A stretch of 63,938 bases of DNA, counting the filler, from Perkinsus olseni (taxonomy: Eukaryota), in NCBI GenBank assembly GCA_013115125.1. It is 3 parts of 3 records of this genome, joined end to end, with 100 filler letters (N's around TTAATTAATTAA, not from the genome) between each part and the next. Parts side by side here need not be neighbours in the genome. Positions count along the whole stretch, not along the records: positions 1 to 22,071 come from JABANN010000546.1; 2 more parts are not named here. One strand, given 5' to 3'. How positions within the stretch are numbered: the first letter of the stretch is position 1; every line of letters begins with the position of its first letter. The notes under the pieces were generated by a model, which was given only the letters and a program-made list of their open reading frames with translations, made no database searches and was not told where the DNA came from. Made by a program: the position numbers and the translations under genes. Positions 1 to 11,180 of the stretch are shown in pieces.

Positions 1-174
1 GAGATGTATGATTATCATACTATACATCTTTCCCTTCTCCATTCGGATGAATGGTCTTGGACCGTAAAAAAAAAAAAAAGAGCGCCAGCAACTCTGCAAA
101 CTGCACGAACCCTAATGAGGAAACAAAACGGAAGGTACGCGGGCGCCCGAAGCACAAACAAAACTGTATAAGGT

Positions 175-243
175 ACGAATGGTGGCGTGGTTAAGTCCCA
201 CTGCTGCCAACCAGGCAACCCTGGTTCGAATACTAGGGTAATC
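175..243 (+). pseudogene. tRNA-derived relic / SINE-like head (Gly-GCC-like)
   Basis: A-box-like TGGCGTGGTTAAG, anticodon-loop-like CTGCCAA and T-arm CCCTGG-TTCGAAT-A-CTAGGG at tRNA-like spacing. Acceptor and anticodon stems do not pair. Confidence 0.5.
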
Positions 244-277
244 GTCGCCGGAGAACGAAAGTGAAGTTTCACGAAAG

Positions 278-333
278 CGAACTTTTCAATTTGGCATCGC
301 GAAGCGGCTTCGCAATGCCAAAATAAAAGTTCG
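278..333. repeat. Long palindrome with ~28-bp arms and a 1-nt centre
   Basis: CGAACTTTTCAATTTGGCATCGCGAAGC-G-GCTTCGCAATGCCAAAATAAAAGTTCG. Confidence 0.85.
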
Positions 334-2452
334 GTGGACGAAATGGGACATGGATGAAAAAAACAGGGCGAATGTATGGAAGAAGTGAGGCTGGATGGGC
401 CGAGATTTTATTTTACGGGCGATTTTGATGGGTGAAATGAGATGGATGGAATCAAAATCATTCCGAGATATATCACAATGTGAACTAATCCACAGAAGTT
501 CACAACTGGCGGCTGTCGGAACACAGAATAAATGCTCTGCACTTGCGAGTGGTGCACTGTAGTCATTAGGCTAATGACATTAGCAACGACTCCGTAGAGA
601 TCGACCCGTCACGGGTGCGAGTTGGCTTCCTGTGGGCAAGCCTTGCGGTGATCACCGAGAGAGTCGCGATAAGCTTGAATAATTTTGAGTTTGTCCACTC
701 TCTCGAACCTCAATTTTGGGTGTAGTATAGCAGGAAGCAAGCAGTCAGGAGTGATGCGTGGCACGCATTGCGTGCTATCACCTATGAAACAATATCGATA
801 ATAATGACCGGATATCCATAACAACTTTCATCGTGCGGCAACGGTGTTGAGGAATCACCTTGCCCAAGAATCCTTGACGGATCTTAGCCCTAGCGACTAG
901 GGCCTAGCCTTCTTGATCATCGGCAGCTAATCATCTGGACCGTCACATAGGTGCAGCAAGCATCTCGCCAGCTCCCTGCCATACGAAAAGGGATACGAAA
1001 AAAAGTTTGTGACCAGATAAGAGCCCTCCAGATGGCACAAATCCTACATGATAGTTTTCGTAGTGCCAAGCTTTTTGTAGCTCTGGATAGTGATCGTTGC
1101 ATCCCTGAGTGGTTCTATGAGAGACAGTTGCTGCAGTTTTTCCTTCCGAGGGAGCACTCTCTCGAAGCACCTACAATCGGCGTGTTCAAAGTTGAGGTTA
1201 GTAGCATTCCTTCACTTCCGACATCGCTGAAGCGATAACGTATCGCAGCTTGGAAAATTCCACACCCGTGGAGAGTGAGCACTGCTCACTGAGCAGTGAA
1301 CGCATTCAGGATCGATCCGGGGATTGATCCTAGAACTGCTCTCAGGATCGGTTGACTGAACAGAAAAAGGCTTCGGTCAGTCCTGGGTGCGTCCTTGCCC
1401 TCTGTCCCAGGGTAGTGATATTGTCATATTTTGGCACGATACATCCGCTTGTTGCGTTTCCCCTAAGTGATATTCAAGTCACTTGACAAAGCCCTCTTGA
1501 CTCGAGAGTCTCCATCAGCCGAACGAGTATGAGAGCATCAGTGGTGGCCAATCCGCAGTGCGGATTCCGCAGCCACAACATAGGGTTCCAGAAGCGGAGA
1601 CATTGTCTTTGAGACAAGCAGCATTCAGTCTAGCCCAGGCCTGTAAGAAGCGAGTAAAGTCGGTTTTCTGAGGAAAAAAGTAGAATCGTGAGGAATGGTG
1701 TTTCGCCCGCCTTGGATTGAAGTATTGTGAGTTCGGACGGCAGTAGAATGAGAGTGTTAGTAGCTCGGATGTAAGGGTGTCACGCGTTAAAAAAGTTGAC
1801 CAAGACCTAGTGGAGTGCGGACCGTAACCCCCGTCAACCCGAAACCCGACTCAGGTCCCCCTTCGGGCGACCTTCACCAAAAACCCGAAGGCCGCGCAGT
1901 GTAAGGGGTCAGTAGTGTCGGGCGAGCTCCGAAGGCATCCTCAGGATACCGGAAAACTCCTCTGAAAAGTGGATTCACTCGTAAGAAGCCTATTTGGCGG
2001 ATAAGGCCGTTGCCTATATGGGGGTCGAGGATTTCATCACGTTGGCGGGTCGTTGAGACAGGGAATTGGCGGTAGGGTCGAGACGGGGGTATACAATTGG
2101 CGGATGAAGAAGTCATTCCAGCGGCAGGCCTCGAATAAGGAAGTCAATTCCGCGAGTAAGGCACAATTTCATGGTTAAGGAAGTCAATTTCGCTGATAAG
2201 GACATCAATGTCGGGGGGTCAACTTGAGACATACCGGAAATCTTCCCGCTGCTATCCTTAGAATGACACAACTGCGCGACAGTGCAGAAAATTATCGACT
2301 TCGCACTTTTTCCTCGGCCCGGCGCTGATGTCATCAGCGCCTCGCGTATTTGTTGCTCGTCGTGGGTTGCCGGTAGTGTCATATACCTGGCAAAGATCCA
2401 GCATACGTATTGGAGCCTTGGACAATGAGGAGATGGCGCTCATGCGCCTTTC

Positions 2453-2587
2453 CTGGTAGGTCACTCCGAAACGATCTTTTATCCCTCCGTAATGGAGACT
2501 GTTATTTGGTAGCTGCAGTTTCTGCTCTATGGCACGCTGAAGGGCGTTGGTGTCCCAACCAGCCTTTTTCAGCACAAATTTCCAACG
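2453..2587 (-). pseudogene. Diverged copy of the TruD catalytic exon
   Basis: RWKFVLKKAGWDTNALQRAIEQKLQLPNNSLHYGGIKDRFGVTYQ is 23/45 identical to the TruD segment at 6322-6456. No other TruD exons were seen next to it. Confidence 0.7.
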
Positions 2588-2639
2588 ATGGGAGTTGAAG
2601 AGCCTAACGGGGGAGTGTTTCCTTCTCCAACTCAGCAGC

Positions 2640-2941
2640 ACCTGCACCGGTTGAGCGATTTGATTTTCGTCCACCAACTGAGCGCAGCCCAAGCCACCCA
2701 CAGTAGTCTCCTTCACCGTGGACACTTCGAGGTTCTCGAAACAATCGGCACAATCGGGGCTCAGATCACAACCCGTCTCGAGACACGGCGTGGCGTTGGA
2801 TGGATCGTCTAGGGCCTGCCGGCTACAGTGGTAGAGGAAGCCGGGGAAGGAGTCACCCATGAGTGCCTGTTTCTCAACATTGCTGCAGACATCACTAGCA
2901 GCCGCAAGAGCAATAACCAAGGCGTTGACGAGGAGGCGCAT
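2640..2941 (-). CDS. Secreted cysteine-rich protein, 5' portion (paralog at 21936)
   Basis: Signal peptide MRLLVNALVIALAAAS followed by C...FPGFLYHC...PC...CDLSPDCADC. The ORF reads on in frame into the TruD fragment. Confidence 0.65.
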
Positions 2942-4153
2942 TTCTAGATGGATGGGTGCGGAATCAACCGCGGACCTGCTAGATACAGACGACCAACTCA
3001 AGAGTGGGGCTCCCAACGTCCAATACAGTTCGGCTGGACGGTTGAAGCCGATTTGAGGCAGAAGAACTTAACTCTTCGTTGCGACCCGCTTTTAGCTATG
3101 ATCGACAGAGAGACAGGGGGCCAAGTAACACGCATGAACACTGCGCCACTACTTGCAGCGACGGAGCCACATTCCGACCTTTTCCTCGGCCCATCGATAA
3201 GAAAAACAGTGACTGATTCTGAGGCCACATGATATGCAGCCTGTGCCGCCTCGATGAAGCAACATTTACTACGCTGACAAGATCATAAAGAGACGTTCAT
3301 AGCGAGGACAATCACGGACAGCAATGGAAACAGCCACTGCGACGTCACTCTCGGAGAGTGACGCTAGCACAAGCATGGACCGAGCGGCAAATCTGAGGGT
3401 CTCTAACGAGAGTCTGACATTCGTGTGGACAGCGTTGGCAAACGCCCGAAGTCCATGCTTCACATGGCCATAAGGCGAATACATTTCAGGCACAGCTGTG
3501 ACTAGAGGAGTGCGGTCTTCATACAGGAGTGATAGTGCATGCGTGCTCGGGGGGCACTGTTCATACAATTGAAACCGTAGCCACGAGGGGCTGGGAAGAA
3601 GTGGATCCGAAGCCAGAACAGCGCAGGGAGCACCGTGCAGCGGGGTGTGAGGCATCCCAGAGCAGCCGAGAGTCGTGTCAGACGGCTTGCCCCAGACAGA
3701 GGCGGCGGCGGCTCAGGCGCCAGATCTGTGACAGCCACTGCGAGTTGGTGGGAACGCGAACGACAGTGCCCGATCTGGAGACATGAGATCGCGACTGGTC
3801 ATCCCAGGAGCTAACATGTCAAACCACTCTCCCCGCGACCTAGGTCATCCGTTTGTGGGTGATCACGCATTGAACGAGAAACCATAATTCGGAGGTTGAT
3901 TGAGTTGTAAGGCAGCTGCTTAGCTTGATGTAGGGCCCAACGGTCTGTGTCACAGCTTGTGTCGTCTCCGGACACAAGAGGGAGGGCGTCACCTCGCTCT
4001 TGCCAAGAGTCTCTTGGTTTTGCCCACGTCGAAGCCTGCGGGTTCAACTTAGAAGGAAATGGATTGGATGCGTCAGATCCACGATTCTTAGCGAGTTGCA
4101 ATGAAATACTCGCCCACCTGAGACAAGGCAGGGAAATGATGAGACACATCCAC

Positions 4154-4225
4154 GGGTGTGTAACTCAGTGGTAGAGCGGCTGACTGCTAATCAGCAGGTC
4201 CTCGGTACGAATTCGCGTCCTGCGA
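4154..4225 (+). pseudogene. tRNA pseudogene / SINE head with Cys-like body and GCT anticodon
   Basis: GGGTGTG TA ACTC AGTGGTA GAGC G GCTGA CTGCTAA TCAGC AGGTC CTCGG TACGAAT TCGCG. The anticodon stem is perfect, the T-loop is mutated and the acceptor stem does not pair. Confidence 0.75.
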
Positions 4226-4502
4226 AAAGCTACCGAGAAGGCGGCCGCTACACACGTTCCCGGCGCCGACCGTTCAGACCTCCACATAATCGATGAATGG
4301 AACTACGCTCGGATCATCTTCGCGTTGATAGAATGTGAAGTTTTCATGGTTGCTGTGATTGGATCTGGACGTACCGCCGTGGCGTCTGCTCGAAGACAAG
4401 ATGGGTGTGCCCACTAATGCCCACTAGAAATGCAACACAGTCCGCAATTCAGTGTGAAACGAGTGGTGACAGAAACTGTGCGAATGGTAAAACATGCAAT
4501 AG

Positions 4503-7500
4503 TCAATTTCTTCCCTCCATAATTTCTCTGAGCAGCATTGTAGCGTACGATCCCCGTGGGAGATGGAACTGAAGAAGGGAGAACATACAACTGATGCCAA
4601 GTCCTTCACTTACGTCAAGCAAGAGATTGTTTTTATCTGGCAGCCGATCACCGTTCGATTCCTCCGCTGCCAAAACCACTGTAGGGCGCACTATAAGGCG
4701 CCTTGGGATCGTAGTGAGTTTTTGGTTGAATCCTAGGTCGGAGAAACTATATCTCCCACTGAGCCATGAGCCTGGACGAATCTCTCCACGCTCTTCGGAA
4801 TCCTTTATCAAATCCGAGTATCTGCCATAAACATTCCATCATACCGAGCTGCCACAGCATCCCTCCCTAAGGCGTACAGCTCCTCAACGTTCAGCCCCGC
4901 ATTCAGAATCCTGCATTCGCCTTCCACCTGCTCTCCGAGCTGCGGCAGCCGAACATCGTGGATGGTGTATCTTTACCAACAGGACAGCAGTACCAACAGG
5001 AAGACGGTTGGAATGAAGAGGCCGCACCTCTCCGCGGCCTCTTCGGACCGAATCAGCCGTAGCTCCCGACTCGTCGGCTCTTTCACCAGATCGCCGATCA
5101 CAACACGGAGACCACCTTCCCGAATACGACTGAGATGTGATCCCTGCAAAGACGGTCACCTGCGCAGGCACGGTACCGGCTGGCCAATCGGTTCCACAGA
5201 CAAGACACATAGGCCGCTGCTAAAAGGTGCCACAGCGTTCTCGGTATCAGCATCATCGCCCGGCGGCCTCTGTCACGGCATGTGGCCAACTCTGACAGCA
5301 TAGTCTGGTACCTGCAGTGTATAGTCCCCTACGGAATATCCCTTTCGAAGTCCTACAGCGTGATGTCACGGTTGTCACGGGTGCTTGCTTTACTCAGGGC
5401 TTTCGTCGCTCTCTGAGCATCACCAGTCTCGAGCCATTCTCGGCGTATCTACGGGCACCGATAACCTTACTCGATACTAAAAATCCCATCCTCCTCGCTC
5501 ACTTCAGCGTCCTCCGAGACGTCATCTGCCAAGGGTCGCAGATAAGATCGGACTGCACCGCGGAAATCACGAGTAATGATAGCACCACCAGTGCGGACCT
5601 GAGCACTGCCGCAGTTGCTCCGGAGACGTGTATGCCTGAGCTAGTGTGGGAAGCGCAGGTTCTCGGTCCTGTGGAACGATATCACGCTTCCGGAATTATC
5701 GCCCAGACTCCGAAGAACCGGGTGGCTGGTCCTACATGGCTGGACTGCCCGTCACCTTTATCCCAGCCGAATCTCTGTAGTCCGAAGTAGTTGATAAAAC
5801 CGGTGTCCCGCAAGGACTCAACTTCCGAGCTCGACCCGGGTTCAATTCCGCGCAGGCGGATTCGGAAGCAATTACTGAGCCGGAAAAGACACTCTGGGAA
5901 TCCCGCAGTGAGTACGATCATCACCCATAGAGTGTTCCGCATTTGAACTTCTTCTCAGGTGACTGATGGAGCTGGAAGTTGTCGAGAGATGCCCATCCAC
6001 GAGATGCATCTCCACAGGCCTCCTTCAGAGCTGACCTTATCTCCTCCGGACTATGTGTTGCTGGTATGGTCACATACCTGCTAGACGTAAGTGAAGCAGT
6101 ACGATTCGAAAACCGGCAATTCTGCGATTTTAAACGAGAGAAGCGATTATCGCTCCGTCAGTGAAGGACTATCAGTCGGCATTTAGATGAGCTCTCGTCT
6201 CACTCTTTGCTTGCTAAGGAGAAGTTGGATGATCAGATTCGCAGAATACGCCAGCTGTATCCAATTCTTCGTAGAGGAGAGCGTCGAGACTGGCTCATCC
6301 ATACGAGCAGGACCCTCGTTACTGGTAGGTTAGTCCCCGTTTATCCTTAAGCCCTGCATAATGTATGGATTCCCGAGGCAAACGCAGCTTCTTCTCCAGC
6401 AGGGCGAGCACTCTGGGTGTATCGAGATTCGCCTTATGAAGCACGCATCTCCACCGCTTCCCTCCGTGAAGTCCCCTCTGGGAGTACACCCGCGACCAGG
6501 ACACCCGAACCGGTGTCCCTTCTCCCTGCAACAACAGGCAGCCTCCCACAATTGAAGGCGGCCCGGCATCAAACCAACCTCAATTGCGTCGGGGCTGACT
6601 ATCTCAAATTTCAAGTCGCGCCAGTACTTGGCGACCTCCTCAGAAAAGCTGGCGAGTTTCGTCTCGATGTCGTGGCCAGATGATCGGAAGGTGAACTCAA
6701 CCTCCCTGTGACCATACCTGCCGATTCATCGAAGGCAGAACAGGGGAGGCGGCACGACACTCTACACAGTAATATCAATACCCAGCACGAGAGTGGATCG
6801 AGGGCAGCTCAGCGGTGACTTCAAAGCATTTGAGAGCCGAGTTTTGAGTCGGCATCCAATGCATTCAAAATGCATTGGCGTCTTATAGATGATAAGTTGA
6901 CTCCTACCCGCAGGTGATGAGGCCGATGAGGCGTTGGGCGTCGCTCAGGTTCATACGCTGCAGCAGTAGTTTTTTGAAGCCTCGATTCTCAGCAACGTAA
7001 AAGACTCGGTGATCTCTTCCTTCGAACTTGCACGGTACGTTCACTAGCATCTGAACAACAGGAAACACAGTAAATGACCATAGAGGGCCCGAGGACGCCC
7101 AAGCAGGAGGGCACAACATCCGACCGAAGAGCCACGGGCCACTTCTCCCGCGAACCGCTGGTGTGGATTCGTCTACGCGGAATGGGCCTCCGATGTACAC
7201 CTCTAGTGAGCCTCTTCCATCGATACTTACATGCTTAGTCGCCGCGACGATAGCCCCACGGAGACGATAGGCATCTTCATCGCTCATAATGCCTTCGCCT
7301 AGTTTGGCCCGCACAACACCGGCCTCATGTGACCTAGACTGGACAGACAGCACGGGCGAACCATAAGCATGATTATGTAACCTTCTCGACTCTTACTGCA
7401 GTCTTGTGAAGGAAGGCATCCAGCCGCGCGATAGCGGCATCGCCTAAACTATCCTTTATGAGCTCACGGGCGTCTGCTGCACGCGATGCAAAACTGAAAG

Positions 7501-8122
7501 GTGAGAGGCGACCACTCCGGACGCCGAGTTTGATCGATGCAAGATGCCCACCCTCCCCAATGCGCATCTTCCACGGCCTTCGTTTTGTCCGAGTCCTCCA
7601 AGGCTGGAAATGATAACTCTTCTGAGGAGTCGATGTCCAACCTGATTAGATTCAAAAAAGGTCGAAGCTCGAAAGATACGCCAATCACCCGGCATAAACC
7701 CTACTCATTCTTAGCCTCCGCAGAGATGCTTTTCTCCACTTCGGCCCACCAAGCCAGCAAGGGCTCGTCTGCCAAGCGGGCCACAGAGAAGTCTGTGCCC
7801 ACTTCTCGCACTTCCCAGTCCTTTATCTGCAGGCCGAGGACTCCTCGGCGAGGATATAGGTAAAAACTCGGAATCGTGTCTCAGAGGAACCCACCCACGA
7901 AGGAGAGATCGAAGTATGAGACAGCTCGGTCGAAGGTGTGCTTGCCTTGACTCGAAGTTCACCGCCTAGCGATAGGGGATTGACGAACTGGGTGATCCCC
8001 ACTGCCTCCGGTGGCGGCTTTTTCACTGTGTACTCCGCCACAGGGTCGTGTCGACTACGATTCGACTGACAGTAATGAGCATGAGAGACAGGTTTCTGTA
8101 AAGGAATCCCCGGAAGTGGCAA
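4503..8122 (-). CDS. PUS7: tRNA pseudouridine synthase, TruD/PUS7 family (multi-exon; 5' end approximate)
   Basis: TruD motifs in order: VGITQF, HKANLDT...YAGLKDKRGLTYQ (catalytic Asp), NCFRIRLR, GFINYFGLQRFG, LQFHLPRGSYATMLLREIM-stop. Confidence 0.9.
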
Positions 8123-8776
8123 AGGAAACGAGTAGGACTAGACGATGGCAAATTCATGCGCATATGTAATCCGGCCATAATTCAGCCCAAGAGTGAGAGT
8201 GACCAATGCAACGTCCCTGCCGTAAGCAGACGCGCGTTGGCCCCACGGAAGTGTGAACAATAGTCCGTTTTTATCAGGCTTCTTATCGTATCATGGCTAC
8301 GAGCTTTTCAAATAAACCTTGAAACAGAAATGGCAAACAGAAATGATATGTATAGTATGAATGTTCAAAAAATTTCTTCGTCTCTACTGCCTCCACGACT
8401 TCCGGGCACTCCATCACGAAATATTGTCACTCGTAGTTTCCATGAGAATGCGGGTACCTTGCCATTTTCCTGCGAGGACCACCGTGGCCGAGGACGTGCT
8501 GTTTGCCCCGCCGACAAAGCCTGGCTGGCCACCGTCGTGAACAGCCGAGTGCCGACCTTCGCAGCAGGATATAGAATTGCGAAAAGTGAAAACTACACAG
8601 TGGGAGCGGTGGCCACTGCGGAGCCTGATTAACGACGATCAAAAACGGAGAGGCTCGCCGCGAGTGTGACGTTGAACTCAAAACCTCCATACACTTTAAA
8701 AATTTGGCAGAATGTCACACCTCAATTCAAACTGACAAGATGACGTATAGCAATTTCCTTCATTCGTTCGGCAATT

Positions 8777-10948
8777 CTACACGACCTGCCAGGGCCCCTC
8801 GCCGACGTCTACCGGCGGGTCGCTCTTGGCCGCCGCATTCTCCATGTGGAAGTCCGGCCGCGAGGCGAAGAAGGTTATCGCCTGTATCAGTCGCATCGCT
8901 GTGGAGGCAGGGACTGAGAGGAAACCCGCGCAGGTTCAATCCCAACATCCAGGTCGCTGCCCACCTTCTCCAGAACCACTTGCCAATGCCGTCTCGACTC
9001 CGCCATCATCGTCAAACTCACATTCATACCGCAAGCCATTGTAATGGAAGACGTATATCCGGCTTGGGTGGGTCTTTGAGAAGCACACCAATGGCCCTGA
9101 CCAAGGACCAGCCTGAGGCGCATCGACAGTCGCAAGGCCCACCACTGACGGGAACGCCTTCTCCGATGTTAGCCTTGGTCAAGCCTTGGCCCGACACCGC
9201 GCGGAGGTCTACAGAAGTTTTGCCGGTGCCAGGATCGATATCGGGGAGGTGAAACTGCGCGATTGATCGTGCCGATTTGAAGTACCTTCATCAGCAAGGG
9301 GCTCCGCCCGTTCACGAATGAACTGTTAACAACCGCTAGCCTCACCCGATCGGCAAGGTGTTGGTGAGGGATTGCTTGGCAGCCTGGGTTTGTTCCGGAG
9401 TGCCGCCTCCTAGTTGCAACAGAGTGGTCGTTTGCTGCTCTACGTAGTTCACAGCCGATGTAGCATACGACAGCAGTGTCGACGAGAATGACCTACAGGG
9501 AGTGTCTCTCAGGAAACACCACAGTGTCCGTTCTACGCGGCTGTGGTTGAAGTCGCCCGAGGCCTTGGTGGGGGCGGAGATCCTTCAGGTGGCGTCGGCC
9601 CTAATGTCACTGGCAGCTGTGAGCCTGATAGGAGCCTCATGACAGTACTACTCGACAGCAGCAGCAGTAGGCACACCTTGAGAATCGCTGCCAGACCGCC
9701 TGTGCCGAGCTGACGCCAGACGGAACACATGTACCGTGTTAGAGCTCGAGGATGATACAAGATACTGGTCATCGTCCCCTGCAGCAATGGTGAATTCTGA
9801 ACCCCCCTCCCCGACGGACGGGCTTACTAAAACTGAGACAGCAGATGAGGGTATTGGTGGTGCCCCTCCTTAATTCATGCAGCAGCTGTCCGTCCTCGCT
9901 CGCCCACACTTTGATGACAGTGCCGCTCTCCCCAGCCGAGGCAACCTGATCCACAGGGAGTCACCGAGTCGAGGATCCCCCCTCCTTACCAGAGTCCCGC
10001 TAACGTTCAACTGTAAGGCCATGATCGCGCTGTTGTGGGCTCCTAAGATGGAGTGCGAGGACAGGTGGCTGCTCACCCCCGTCGACGCTCCCGTCAGGCC
10101 ATTTGGTCGACCAAGGAATTGAACCTGGGCGGCGGGGATAAAACTTCCTTCCCGTATACAGGCTTCTCAGTACTCGAATGCCTCCCCTCTGTTGATCCGG
10201 ACAGCACATAACCGTCTCCCGGTGAACATCACAGTTGAGGGTGCACACGCCTCTGCTGTTCCCGTGAGTGTCCAAGTGCAGCATCACGTCCAACTCGGGA
10301 AGGCTGTAGACGTAAATCTGATAGAAATACCGCAAAATGCACGGCACTGGTCAAGCCAGACAACAGCCTTGCCTTATACTCGGTCACCACTGCGATGACA
10401 TCTCGTCTCATCTGCACACTAAGAACCTCCGGCCTCGAACACAGCGCGTGAGGCGCCGTGCCAGTCTTGTCGTCCCACAGCAGCACCTGCAGCATCACTA
10501 CCTGACCAAGCCGCCAGCACAAGAGCCCTACTCTCGTCGGCTCTGCCGCACTGACTATGGCCCTGATGTTGGTCTTGTACAGCATCACCGCCGCTGCCAC
10601 TGGTGCCGCCATCAACCGTCGACGAAACTCCACGAAGTTGTCGCTCTGAGCTTGGGAGTACAGAAAGAATGTACCTTAGATGATGGGAGACTTCCGAAAC
10701 TAAGAGGAATTATCTGATCTGCCACGAGTCTCACGAAAGTCTTTGGTGGTCGCCAGACAGAGTCCGCTATGGTCCTGATTCAGCGACATGTTCATAAGGT
10801 AGACAGGTGGGGCACCGGGCTCTTGTTGCTGCTTAGTCGGGCTCTCACTGGAGGCGCCAGCTTTCACACCGACCGTCGATGATGACGATGCTGGTGACGA
10901 CGGGCATGGACTTCGAGACGGAGTCGAGGAGGCCTCGCTCGATGACAT
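8777..10948 (-). CDS. ATG18: PROPPIN beta-propeller, ATG18/WIPI family (multi-exon)
   Basis: SLNQDHSGLCLAT, MLYKTNI, VLLWDD, GAHNSAIMALQLNVSGTL/VASAGESGTVIKVW, phosphoinositide motif ELRRGT, SSSSNTVHVF, YFKSARSIAQF. The last exon ends RPDF...WQVV-TAG at 8777. Confidence 0.9.
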
Positions 10949-11180
10949 CAGGGCGGGTTCAACAAAAGTGCGCTACTTGCAGCTTGACCGTCCTATGCTC
11001 CGCTGTGTGAAGGAGCACGGGGCAGGCATATCCGCTAGCAAAAAGTCCGGGTGCCTCACGAGTCGATCGCCCCCAACCCACCCTTAGTGACTCGCAAACT
11101 CAAGACGCAGAAGGCCAAAGGATTGTTGTATTGAAAGCAACGTATAACTAACTACTAGCTGACACTACTACTGGAAGGCC

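Noticed and set aside
1800-2230. Short direct repeat TAAGGAAGTCAATT (twice) and weak ACCCCCGTC inverted match
   Set aside because: Possibly a TE remnant, but no definable ends or TSD. Two units only, so not a CRISPR-like array.
3574-3583. ACCGTAGCCA match to the dinoflagellate/Perkinsus spliced-leader 5' end
   Set aside because: Only 10 nt match and the rest (TYTTGGCTCAAG) is absent. No SL relic or SL RNA gene was found.
3269-4149. Several 80-130 aa ORFs between the secreted gene and the tRNA relic
   Set aside because: No recognisable motif, and strand and exon structure could not be determined.
5832-5860. tRNA B-box-like CCCGGGTTCAATTCC
   Set aside because: It is the antisense of TruD coding sequence (RIRLRGIEPGS). 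It shows that isolated B-box matches can arise by chance.
10110-10132. CCCAGGTTCAATTCCTTGG T-arm-like hairpin in ATG18
   Set aside because: It straddles an acceptor and coding exon (CAG|VQFLG), with no acceptor strand or T-run.
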